64,000 bases of DNA from Candidatus Nomurabacteria bacterium (GTDB lineage: Bacteria; Patescibacteriota; Minisyncoccia; Phycocordibacterales; UBA918), in NCBI GenBank assembly GCA_023898565.1, contig CP060228.1, positions 560,594 to 624,593 of the forward strand, written 5' to 3'. A program made the translations under genes and the position numbers. The notes beneath the pieces are model-generated. The model did no database searches. It was not told the origin of the DNA and worked only from the letters and a program-made list of their open reading frames with translations. Numbering within the stretch: the stretch's first letter is position 1; each line of letters begins with the position of its first letter. Positions 17,344 to 26,139 of this stretch are shown piece after piece.

Positions 17344-18636
17344 CTAGTGCTTTGGCACGAAGGTAAGGGCTTCACCACGCTTGGTGCCGCGACCAGTACG
17401 ACCAATACGGTGTACGTAGTCTTCAAAGGTGTTTGGCAAGTCGTAGTTGATCACGTGCGTCACATTGTCGACGTGGATACCGCGGGCGGCGACATCGGTA
17501 GCAACAAGCACACGTGCATTACCGCTCTTGAAGGTGCGGAGTGCTTGCTGGCGCTGGCCATGGCTCTTGTTGCCGTGAATTGATTCAGCTTTGACACCGT
17601 TGGCGGTGAGCTCCTTTGAGAGCTTCTCCACGCTGTGCTTCATTGAACCAAAGATAATCACACGTTGAAGTTCGTCTTTTGCAAGAAGTGCAAGGAGCGT
17701 ATCAAATTTATGCGCGTGCTCAAATGGTACGACATCCTGCTTGATGCTGTTTGTCACATCCTTCTTCTTTACCGAAATCGTGATCGGGTCACGCATGAAG
17801 TCGTTTACCAGTGCTTCGGCTTCTTTATTCATCGTAGCAGAGAAGAAGAGTGTCTGACGGTCTTCGGTGACATGGCTCAAAATCTTGCGCATGTCATGGA
17901 TGAATCCCATGTCGAGCATGCGGTCAGCTTCATCGAGAACGACGCTGCGGATTTTATCCATCTTAAGTGCGCGGCGTTCGATGAGGTCGATAATACGACC
18001 CGGGGTACCAATGATGAATTGGTTGTGACGACGGAGGGCACGAATCTGTGGGTTGATATTGGTCCCGCCAACACAGGTAGTCGCCCAGAGTCCGAGACTA
18101 ATACCAAACTTCTTAAATTCCGCCTCTACTTGGAGCGCAAGCTCGCGAGTAGGGGTAAGAATCAGCGCTTGTTCAGACTTATGATTGGCCAAGTGCTCAA
18201 TGAGCGGGAGGAGAAACGCAGCGGTTTTACCGGTACCGGTTTCTGCCAGACCAATTACATCAAGGCCTTTGAGGGCGACCGGAATCGCTTGGTCTTGAAT
18301 CGGTGATGGGGTAGTGAGGCCGAGTGCTGTAAGGCTGTCGACGATTTTCTTATTGAGTCCAAAGTCAGCAAAAGTGTGCTTTGGCACATATACTTCTTCC
18401 TTCATTTCTACCGGGTTGGTATTGATGAATTGAGATGGGTCGAAGGTTGGCTGCTTGCGGCCACCACCAGAACGACCACGGCTTCCGCCGCGACGATCTG
18501 AAAAGCGTCCGCCGCCGCTGCCACCACGACGACCACCGCCAGGGCGGCGGTTATTACTATTAAAGGGGCGGTCAGATTTTCCTGAACCAGAATACGAGCG
18601 TCGACCTGACGGACGGCGCGAAGTTTGCGTTGGCAT
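17344..18636 (-). CDS. DEAD-box ATP-dependent RNA helicase with N-terminal Arg/Gly-rich disordered tail
   Basis: Q-motif, AETGTGKT (motif I), VLDEADRMLDMGF (DEAD), SAT, HRIGRTGR; 70-aa RGG/RGGS-rich N-terminus. Confidence 0.85.
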   Translation of the reverse strand: MPTQTSRRPSGRRSYSGSGKSDRPFNSNNRRPGGGRRGGSGGGRFSDRRGGSRGRSGGGRKQPTFDPSQFINTNPVEMKEEVYVPKHTFADFGLNKKIVDSLTALGLTTPSPIQDQAIPVALKGLDVIGLAETGTGKTAAFLLPLIEHLANHKSEQALILTPTRELALQVEAEFKKFGISLGLWATTCVGGTNINPQIRALRRHNQFIIGTPGRIIDLIERRALKMDKIRSVVLDEADRMLDMGFIHDMRKILSHVTEDRQTLFFSATMNKEAEALVNDFMRDPITISVKKKDVTNSIKQDVVPFEHAHKFDTLLALLAKDELQRVIIFGSMKHSVEKLSKELTANGVKAESIHGNKSHGQRQQALRTFKSGNARVLVATDVAARGIHVDNVTHVINYDLPNTFEDYVHRIGRTGRGTKRGEALTFVPKH

Positions 18637-18967
18637 CTAAATTTTGTGTAGTTAAGTTGGAGTGAGAGAGTGTCTTAATCTCCGGGGCGTGCAGGTAGAT
18701 AATATTTTCAGAAACCTGACAGCTACGCTTAGACAGACATCTGTAGCTAATGTGCCCCACACGAGTTACATAAGCATCTATATGATAATACATTTTGGCT
18801 ATTTGTCAATGTATTTTGGGCACAGAAGTCCTGGCTTTATTTTAAGCGTCCGTGGGGACTGAGTGCAGATTGAACTCGGCAAACATCGGAGCGTGCGAAA
18901 AATAAAGTCAGGACTTATGCATGGGATAAAAAAGACCCCCGCCGAAGCGGGGGTTGCCGGGTTGAGT

Positions 18968-19054
18968 TCAGGTGTTCACGTTGGCGACGGCCGTGTCGTC
19001 CTTCTCGACGGCTTGGGGGGCGAAAGCGGGCGGACTGTGCGTGCTCTTCTTCAT
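18968..19054 (-). CDS. Micro-ORF (28 aa, MKKSTHSPPAFAPQAVEKDDTAVANVNT) with strong SD and intrinsic terminator
   Basis: aaggag 6 nt upstream of ATG; stop followed by cccccgc ttcg gcggggg tctttttt terminator (18928-18953); lies in a GC-rich island. Confidence 0.35.
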   Translation of the reverse strand: MKKSTHSPPAFAPQAVEKDDTAVANVNT

Positions 19055-19180
19055 CTGAATCTCCTTGTAGGAACGGGCCACTCGTCTCCGAATGGAGCAG
19101 TGGTTTGTAGAGCATAACAAATTAATCTTGCTTGTACAAGGATGCTTGTGCGACTGGCTTTGCGTTATACTACAAGGCAT

Positions 19181-20566
19181 ATGAGTATTGAATTGCAGGC
19201 AGACTACAAGCGCGCCTTTAAAGACGCTGACATCCGAGCGATTTATCCGACTGAAATTGATGAAGAGCTAGTGTACTTTGTAGCGCGAGCGTTTGTGGAA
19301 GAGTTTGGCTATACGAAAGTGCTTGTCGCGCGTGACATGCGCCTCTCGACACCGCAGCTTCATGCTGCCTTTCTCAAAGGTGCAACCGACTCAGGCGCAG
19401 CGGTCGTAGATATTGGCCAGGTGTTCACACCAGCGCTGTACTTTGCCTCAGCGACGATGAATCTCCCAGGAGTGATGATTACTGCCTCACACAGTCCAAA
19501 GGAATACAATGGACTTAAGCTCGTACATGCGCAGGCGATTCCGCTCACCGAAAAGTCTGGGCTTGGCAAAATTCGCAAACGCATTGAACGTGGGAAATTT
19601 GTGGATGCGAAGAAGGTGGGTAAGGTGACCGCCAAGGATGTGCTGAAGGGCTACCAGCGGTTTGTGCTGAAGGGCTACAAAGCCAAGAAGCTTGCAGGGA
19701 TGAAGATTGCCACCGATGCGGGCAATGGTATGTCGTCGGTGCTTTTGCCGCTTCTTCAGGAAAAACTTCCGGCGAAGTTTGATGTGCTATTTCCAAAGCT
19801 TGATGGCGCGTTTCCAAATCGCGGTTCTGACCCAACGCTGCGGGCTCATCAGGAGCCACTGCGTGAACAGTTGGCTAAGAAAAAGTATGACTTCGGTGTG
19901 GCCTTTGATGGCGACTCTGATCGCATTGCGTTCTTAGATGAAAATGGCCAGTATATCAATAGCGCGGTTATCGGTGCGCTAATCGCTGAGTACTATTTGG
20001 CAACCAATCCAGGAGCAAAGATTGGCTACACCGGACTCACCAGTCGCTCGTTTGAAGAAGCGATTAAGCGCGCTGGCGGAAAGCCTGTTCTGATGAAAGT
20101 CGGTCATGCCTTTATTAAGGAAAGTATGCGTAAGCAAGATGTGCTTTTTGCCGCCGAGCACTCAGGCCATTTTTACTTCAAGGATTATTTCTTCACCGAC
20201 TCAGTGACACTCACGCTTTTGGCGGTGTGCGACGCGTATGCGCTAGTAAAAGCTGAAGGGAAGACGTTTAGTGAAATGATGGCGCCACACCTAGAATATG
20301 AACAAACTGAGGATGTGGTGGTGATGGTAAAAAATAAAGAAGTAGCGCTCGAAAAAACCCGCGTGTACCTCGAAAGCTTGCAGCCGAAGAAGCTTAAGAA
20401 AGCGGATGGGTACATCGTGGATTTTGGTGAGGTGTGGGGGATGGTCAAGCCGAGTGTGACTGAGTATGCACTGAAGCTTATGTTTGAATCGAAGAAAAAG
20501 TCTTTGGCGGTAAAAATGCAGAAGGACTTGGTGAAGTTTGTGAAGAGCGTGGCGAAAGTCGAGTAA
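19181..20566 (+). CDS. Phosphoglucomutase/phosphomannomutase (alpha-D-phosphohexomutase)
   Basis: Active-site TASHSPKEYNGLK, metal-binding FDGDSDR; TATACT -10 at 19165-19170. Confidence 0.8.
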   Translation: MSIELQADYKRAFKDADIRAIYPTEIDEELVYFVARAFVEEFGYTKVLVARDMRLSTPQLHAAFLKGATDSGAAVVDIGQVFTPALYFASATMNLPGVMITASHSPKEYNGLKLVHAQAIPLTEKSGLGKIRKRIERGKFVDAKKVGKVTAKDVLKGYQRFVLKGYKAKKLAGMKIATDAGNGMSSVLLPLLQEKLPAKFDVLFPKLDGAFPNRGSDPTLRAHQEPLREQLAKKKYDFGVAFDGDSDRIAFLDENGQYINSAVIGALIAEYYLATNPGAKIGYTGLTSRSFEEAIKRAGGKPVLMKVGHAFIKESMRKQDVLFAAEHSGHFYFKDYFFTDSVTLTLLAVCDAYALVKAEGKTFSEMMAPHLEYEQTEDVVVMVKNKEVALEKTRVYLESLQPKKLKKADGYIVDFGEVWGMVKPSVTEYALKLMFESKKKSLAVKMQKDLVKFVKSVAKVE

Positions 20567-20630
20567 TTGCCGAGCTTGCTGAAATTTCAAGGATTGCGAA
20601 CAGGCGATGATTAGCTAGGAAGGCGAAACA

Positions 20631-20670
20631 GAAAAAGCCAATGTTTGAGCTTGCGAGTTTTGGCTTTTTC
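20631..20670 (+). terminator. Intrinsic terminator after the phosphohexomutase gene
   Basis: aaaaagccaa ...loop... ttggcttttt. Confidence 0.6.
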
Positions 20671-20863
20671 GTTGTTGCGCCGACCATAGCTATTTCGCGT
20701 GGAAGCATTTTGCTTGGAATTTTAGGGAGCGAGCAATATGGCATCATCAGACACGGATCAAGTCCTATGCTCAGCCGTTTAGGAGACGGCTTCCGCAATG
20801 TCCTCTTCAGCCACATTGCTCACTTCCTTTTATCAGAGCCTTCTGCTACGATGCGATACATAT

Positions 20864-21613
20864 ATGAAAGCAGAAGTGGAATTTATTTTTGGGAAGCATG
20901 CTGTGCGCGAGGTGCTTAGAGAGCGGCCAGATGTAGTTGCCGAGATTCATGCGGCGGCGGATTTTTCTGATGAGTCAATTTTGGCGTTGGCTGACAAATA
21001 TAAGCTACCGCTTCGGGTGCTCAACCTAAAAAATCCGCCGCGTGGCGTCTCGTCTAAAGCTGCGCATCAGGGGATTGTGGCAGGCATTTTGCCGAGCAAG
21101 CTCACCATTCCATTTAAGACGTTTAAGTCTACCTTGGAAGCAACTCCAGGTACGGCGCTTTTGGTGCTTGGTGAGGTGCAAGATCCACATAATGTTGGCG
21201 CAGTGATTCGCTCCGCTGCTGCGTTTGGTCTAAAGGGTGTGCTGATCCCGCCACACAATCAAGCGCCAATTACTGGCACGGTGGTGAAGGTATCGGTTGG
21301 TATGGCGTTTCGGATTCCGCTCGTGACTATTCCAAATGTAAATACTGCACTGCGTGACCTCAAGCAAAGCGGCTTTTGGACGTATGGTCTCGAAGGCGAT
21401 GGTGCCACTTCTACTACGACTGAAAAATTTACTAAACCAACAGTCTTTGTGCTCGGTAATGAAGGGTCGGGGTTGCGGGAAAAGACGAAAGAGGAGTGCG
21501 ATGAGCTCATTTCAATTCCGATTCATCCCCAGTGTGAATCACTAAATGCTGCCGCAGCAACGGCCATTGTGCTCTCGAGTTGGTCATCCCAACACCCTGA
21601 GGCTTTGTCATAG
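20864..21613 (+). CDS. SPOUT-class RNA 2'-O-methyltransferase (RlmB/TrmH family)
   Basis: SpoU motifs VLGNEGSGL and IPIHPQCESLNAAAATAIVL. Confidence 0.75.
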   Translation: MKAEVEFIFGKHAVREVLRERPDVVAEIHAAADFSDESILALADKYKLPLRVLNLKNPPRGVSSKAAHQGIVAGILPSKLTIPFKTFKSTLEATPGTALLVLGEVQDPHNVGAVIRSAAAFGLKGVLIPPHNQAPITGTVVKVSVGMAFRIPLVTIPNVNTALRDLKQSGFWTYGLEGDGATSTTTEKFTKPTVFVLGNEGSGLREKTKEECDELISIPIHPQCESLNAAAATAIVLSSWSSQHPEALS

Positions 21614-21700
21614 GCTTTTTCCTGGTGTACTATTCTGGGTACGACGTTGTTCACTCAGTCTCTGTGTGGCTGCGGTAATTTAGATTTAAATATTGAAAAC

Positions 21701-22525
21701 ATGAGCGAAAACGAAACTACAGAAACTGTAGCAGCGACCGAATCTGCTACTTCAGCTGCGCCAGCAGCAAAATCTGGCATGGGTAAAATCATCGCGGCGG
21801 TGGTCGTGGTAGCCGTGCTATTACTCGGTGTTTTGTATGTGTTAGAAAAAGAGGGCCGTTCTTCAACCACTATCTTTTCTTCAATGATTGAAAAGCAACG
21901 AGCGGCTGAAGTAGTGGCAACGGTAAACGGTGAAGACATCACTAATGCTGATCTTGATGTGAGCATCAATCAGTTTGAACAACTAGCTGCGGCGCAAGGA
22001 ATTGATACCACGAGCCCAGAGATGCAAGCTGAAGTTCGTGCGCAAGCACTCGAAGTACTAATCAATACAACATTGCTCCGTCAGGCAGCTGCCGAAAAGG
22101 GAATTGAAGTAACCGATGAAGATGTGGCGGCTCGCATAGAAGCTATTACTGCTGATATCGGTGGTGCCGAGGCACTTACTGCTCGTATGCAAGAGCTGCA
22201 ACTTGAGGCGGGTCAGATGCAGGATGATATCAAGGATGAACTCATGATTCAGGCACTGCTTGAAACTGTTTTTGCTGATGCTGCAGTGGAGGTGACCGCA
22301 GAAGAAGTGCAGGAGCTGTACGATAATGCAAAAGAGCAGGCTGGTGGTGCCGAAGCAGCTGATTTCCCGGCATTAGAAGAAGTGCAGGCGCAAGTAGAAC
22401 AGCAGATTCAGTCTGGCAAGGAACAAGCTGCAATTGATGAATATCTGGCTGAACTCAAAGCGGAAGCTGACATTTCTGTTGAAGGCGGAGCAGAAATGTC
22501 TGGTGACGCTGAAGCAGGTGAATAA
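21701..22525 (+). CDS. Membrane-anchored SurA N-domain-like chaperone, acidic
   Basis: TM anchor then SurA_N-like helical region; very acidic C-terminus. Confidence 0.4.
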   Translation: MSENETTETVAATESATSAAPAAKSGMGKIIAAVVVVAVLLLGVLYVLEKEGRSSTTIFSSMIEKQRAAEVVATVNGEDITNADLDVSINQFEQLAAAQGIDTTSPEMQAEVRAQALEVLINTTLLRQAAAEKGIEVTDEDVAARIEAITADIGGAEALTARMQELQLEAGQMQDDIKDELMIQALLETVFADAAVEVTAEEVQELYDNAKEQAGGAEAADFPALEEVQAQVEQQIQSGKEQAAIDEYLAELKAEADISVEGGAEMSGDAEAGE

Positions 22526-22531
22526 TCAGTG

Positions 22532-22585
22532 AAAAACCAGCAGAAAGGCCGGCCCCTTCGGGGCCGGCCTTTCTGCTGGTTTGTT
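22532..22585 (+). terminator. Long intrinsic terminator (21-bp stem)
   Basis: aaccagcagaaaggccggcccc ttcg gggccggcctttctgctggtt. Confidence 0.85.
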
Positions 22586-22603
22586 TCTATCTGGTATACT
22601 TGG

Positions 22604-24754
22604 ATGTACATTATGGTGCGAACTCTTACCCCAACCAAACTCCTCTTCTTAATCTTCGGCATCTCTGCTCTGGTCTACTTTTCTTTTTTTGCCGCCAACG
22701 CTTCTTTTGAGTTTGCTCGTACCACTGATACGTTAGTGTCAAACACTCTCGATGATGGCTTAGTCGGTCACTGGACCTTTGATGGACCGGATGTGGATTG
22801 GTCGGCGACCACTGCTGAGATTAAGGATGTGGTCAGCACTAACGAAGGCAATGCTCTTAATTTGGCTGCTGCCAATGTAACATCAGGCGCTTTGGGACAG
22901 GCGGTCTTGTTTGATAAGGGTATTTCAGGACAGGCGGTCAGTGTTGGTTCTGCTGCTGCCTTGGATGATTTGACACAAAGAACAGTTGTAATGTGGATTA
23001 GACCAACCGGTACGCAGAGTGTTGGAACCTTATTTACTAAAGACTTTTCCTCACCGTTGTTGTCAATGTCGGGCGGTTCGTTGATGGTGCGTGCAAGTTT
23101 TTCAACTATGGATGGTTGGTGGATTTCGGAGGTTTCACCCCAAAACGATGTGTGGCAGCAAGTTGCAGTAACATACGACAGAAGTTCTACTACTAATGAT
23201 CCAGTAATGTACATTAATGGCGAGTCAGTGATGGTATCTGAAGTGCTTGGTCCGTCAGGAAGTTATGTTTCAAATGCTGCAAATACTGCACATATTGGCG
23301 GCTGGCTTGGAACTTCGGTAACCTTTAATGGCGGCATAGACGATGTTCGTGTGTATAACCGCATTCTCTCTCCAGACGAAATCGCCCAGCTCTACGCCAT
23401 GGGCGAGGGTGTTAAAGTCGCCACCACTATCGTATCTGCAGCTAGCACGCTCGATGATGGCCTGGTTGGCCACTGGACCTTCGATGGCGTAGACATAAGC
23501 GGCACCACCGCCTACGATCTCACGAGCAGCTACGCTACGGGCACGCTCACGAGCGGCGCGGCGGTGGCTGGCGGCGCGATTGGGCAGGGTATTGCGCTTG
23601 ATGGCAGTGATGATTTTGTGACGGTCGCCGACACCGCCGCGCTCGACTTCGGCGCGAGCGCCGACTTTACGCTCTCGGGCTGGTTTCGTCGCGAGAGTTA
23701 TACCACCGACGACACGCTCATCGCCAAGCGTAATGGCCTCGCCAACACCGATGATGGCTACATTGCCTACATCGACGATGCTGACGATAAATTCTACTTT
23801 GAAGTGTCAGAAAATAGCGGCACCGATGAATATAGCTTAGTTTCCACTCGCACCTTCACCGACAACGACTGGCATCATTTCATGGTGACATGGGATGATG
23901 ATAACGCCAACAACACCAATCTGTTCATTGACGGCACCTACGAAACTACCGTGAAGACGGGTACAATTGGGAATATTGGTGATCTCTCCACGGCGCTCGC
24001 GTTTCGCATTGGTGCTGAAAGCGATGGCGACAATCCCTTTGCCGGCAAGGTAGACGATGTAAAAGTATACAACCGCGCGCTGTCCACCGCTGAAGTGTAC
24101 CGTACTTACAGCAGCGGCTCGGCGTACCTGCGCACCTGTGGTAGCGTGACCGACGCGGACGGCAATCTCTACAGCACGCTCGTAATAGGCACCCAGTGCT
24201 GGCTGGCGCAAAATATGCGGGTAGGTACGCGCATTAGTGCCTCCACCGCTCAAACCAACAACGCCACTATTGAGAAATGGTGCTACTCAAACTCTGACGC
24301 CAACTGCACCAGTAATAACCCCAACGAACCCGATGGCGGTCTCTACCAATGGAACGAAGCCATGCAGTACAGCTCGACCCAAGGCGCGCAGGGCATCTGC
24401 CCGGCTGGTTGGCACATTCCCACCCACGATGAGTTCACTACTCTAGAAAGAGCCCTCTGCACCTCCAGCACCTGCGCCACCGACTTCCCGTATGACACCA
24501 CCACTGCTGGCTACCGCGGTACTACCGAAGGTACGAAGCTCAAGCCAAATGGCACCGCCGGCCTCAATTTCAACCTCGCCGGCCTCGGTTTCTCGGGGTC
24601 GTTCAGCAATCGCGGCACGTACGGTTACGTCTGGTCGTCTTCGGAGTCTGGTGCCTTTGCTTGGTCCCGCTACGTGCTCTCAGGTACTGCCCAAGTGGTC
24701 CGGTACGCGTACGGCAAGTCTAACGGGTTATCCGTGCGCTGCGTGAAGGACTAA
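22604..24754 (+). CDS. DGR target protein: signal/TM anchor, two LamG-like domains, C-terminal C-type-lectin-fold FISUMP/DUF1566-like domain carrying the variable region
   Basis: Two LDDGLVGHWTFDG...DDV(R/K)VYNRxLS LamG-like modules; C-terminal GNLYSTLVIGTQCW...GGLYQWNEA...CPAGWHIPT...SVRCVKD; TATACT -10 just before ATG. Confidence 0.8.
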   Translation: MYIMVRTLTPTKLLFLIFGISALVYFSFFAANASFEFARTTDTLVSNTLDDGLVGHWTFDGPDVDWSATTAEIKDVVSTNEGNALNLAAANVTSGALGQAVLFDKGISGQAVSVGSAAALDDLTQRTVVMWIRPTGTQSVGTLFTKDFSSPLLSMSGGSLMVRASFSTMDGWWISEVSPQNDVWQQVAVTYDRSSTTNDPVMYINGESVMVSEVLGPSGSYVSNAANTAHIGGWLGTSVTFNGGIDDVRVYNRILSPDEIAQLYAMGEGVKVATTIVSAASTLDDGLVGHWTFDGVDISGTTAYDLTSSYATGTLTSGAAVAGGAIGQGIALDGSDDFVTVADTAALDFGASADFTLSGWFRRESYTTDDTLIAKRNGLANTDDGYIAYIDDADDKFYFEVSENSGTDEYSLVSTRTFTDNDWHHFMVTWDDDNANNTNLFIDGTYETTVKTGTIGNIGDLSTALAFRIGAESDGDNPFAGKVDDVKVYNRALSTAEVYRTYSSGSAYLRTCGSVTDADGNLYSTLVIGTQCWLAQNMRVGTRISASTAQTNNATIEKWCYSNSDANCTSNNPNEPDGGLYQWNEAMQYSSTQGAQGICPAGWHIPTHDEFTTLERALCTSSTCATDFPYDTTTAGYRGTTEGTKLKPNGTAGLNFNLAGLGFSGSFSNRGTYGYVWSSSESGAFAWSRYVLSGTAQVVRYAYGKSNGLSVRCVKD
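24575..24750 (+). repeat. DGR variable region (VR), 176 bp, last codons of the target gene
   Basis: Matches TR 25422-25597 except 17 positions, 16 at TR adenines; 3' 40 nt identical (IMH-like). Confidence 0.9.
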
Positions 24755-24829
24755 TCTCTTGGACTCTTTTCCTCTTTTCACGCAATTTTCTTATGTCACT
24801 AACATACCAACTTTAGTCACCCTCTTTGT

Positions 24830-25180
24830 ATGACCACTACCAATAATTTGCCCGTATACAAGGAAAGCTACGATCTCATTGAAGAGCTGTTTCGATACGT
24901 CAAGGAATTCAATCGGGAATATAAGTACACGCTTGGCGAACGTGTCAAAACTGAAATGATTGCGCTTGTAATAGATATCTATCGTGCAAATAGTTCAATC
25001 GAAAAGCGTGGTGAGCATATCAAGTCGGCTCGGGAGCGGGTGGAAGTGATTCGCTTGCTCTTGCGTCTGCTCCGCGATCTGCGACAGCTTCCGCTCGAGA
25101 AGTTTGTGTCACTCAATGTGAAGATTGAATCAGTGAGTCGGCAACTCACCGGCTGGCTCAAAAAGAGTCAGGCCAAGTAG
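24830..25180 (+). CDS. avd: Accessory variability determinant (Avd; four-helix-bundle / 23S rRNA IVS-protein family)
   Basis: 116 aa, basic helical protein with IVS-protein family pattern. Confidence 0.75.
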   Translation: MTTTNNLPVYKESYDLIEELFRYVKEFNREYKYTLGERVKTEMIALVIDIYRANSSIEKRGEHIKSARERVEVIRLLLRLLRDLRQLPLEKFVSLNVKIESVSRQLTGWLKKSQAK

Positions 25181-25421
25181 TATTGAAGGCCTACGCCCGA
25201 GGACTGTCCTCGGGCACTGGTAGCTGGTAGGGTATACTAGGTGAGCCAGAGCTGAGTGCTGTTACGACACACTCAGGAGTGCATGATGAATCCAGTCATC
25301 CTCCTTGGCAACACTCACGAAGTGGGTGTCGCCAAGGGTTGCGGAGTGTCCCTCCCTTGCTGCTGGCGGCAATCATAAGTCCGTCAGTGGTGAAAGATAA
25401 GTGATGGCTTCCTAACGATAG

Positions 25422-25597
25422 CTCGCCGGCAACGGTTTCTCGGGGTCGTTCAACAATCGCGGCACGAACGGTAACGTCTGGTCGTCTTCGGAGTCTGGTG
25501 CCAGTGCTTGGAACCGCAACGTGAACTCAGGTACTGCCCAAGTGAACCGGAACGCGAACGACAAGTCTAACGGGTTATCCGTGCGCTGCGTGAAGGA
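25422..25597 (+). repeat. DGR template repeat (TR)
   Basis: In-frame AAC codons at all variable sites; followed by an 11-bp perfect hairpin (25610-25637). Confidence 0.9.
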
Positions 25598-25687
25598 TTC
25601 ATCGGTAATACAAAGCAAGCATAGCGCTTGCTTTGTGTGTTTAGTAAGGTAATTTGAAATGATTTTCATTTCTGCTACACTGAAAAT

Positions 25688-25906
25688 ATGAAAAAGCAAG
25701 TTCACATTATGCTTGATATCGAACGCCTTCCAGAGGGGTGTTATCTAGCGACGAGCAAAGATGTGCAAGGGCTTGTTGTGCAAGCAAAAACTTTTGAAAA
25801 GACCATAGAGATTGCAGAAGATGTTGCTCGACAACTTCTCTTGGCGCAGAAAGGAAAACATACATCACCTGAGCGTATCTTGTATCCGATGACTATTACT
25901 GCCTAG
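25688..25906 (+). CDS. hicB: HicB-family antitoxin
   Basis: UPF0150/HicB fold pattern (EGCYLATSKDVQGLVVQAKTFEKTIEIAEDV). Confidence 0.65.
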   Translation: MKKQVHIMLDIERLPEGCYLATSKDVQGLVVQAKTFEKTIEIAEDVARQLLLAQKGKHTSPERILYPMTITA

Positions 25907-25909
25907 TGT

Positions 25910-26134
25910 ATGGGGCGGCTTTCTGGTATTACGTATCGTGCACTTTCAAAAAAGTTGCGTTCTTTTGGTTTTGTATTTTGGCGGAGCGCTAAGGGAAGTC
26001 ATGAGATTTGGTACAACGAAGCACAGGATATTTTTACTACTATCCCTCGGCATACTGGCGATATGGCGGAGGGTACCGTGCGGGCAATATTGAAACAGGC
26101 TAGTATTGAAGTTGATGACTTTTTAAAATTGTAA
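25910..26134 (+). CDS. hicA: HicA-family mRNA interferase toxin
   Basis: KGSHEIW ... IPRH ... GTVRAILKQA motifs of HicA/YcfA. Confidence 0.7.
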   Translation: MGRLSGITYRALSKKLRSFGFVFWRSAKGSHEIWYNEAQDIFTTIPRHTGDMAEGTVRAILKQASIEVDDFLKL

Positions 26135-26139
26135 AAACA

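Noticed and set aside
18863-19117. Plus-strand 84-aa ORF in the GC-rich island
   Set aside because: It has no SD and crosses the strong minus-strand terminator hairpin. The minus-strand 28-codon ORF has far better signals, so the plus ORF is listed only as an alternative.
22529-22603. Longer start for the DGR target gene (GTG at 22529)
   Set aside because: It lies inside the terminator hairpin 22532-22585 and upstream of the TATACT -10 box. ATG at 22604/22613 is more plausible.
25412-25705. Minus-strand 97-aa ORF over the template repeat
   Set aside because: It covers the DGR TR, which must remain non-coding and invariant. It is antisense to the cassette and has no signals.
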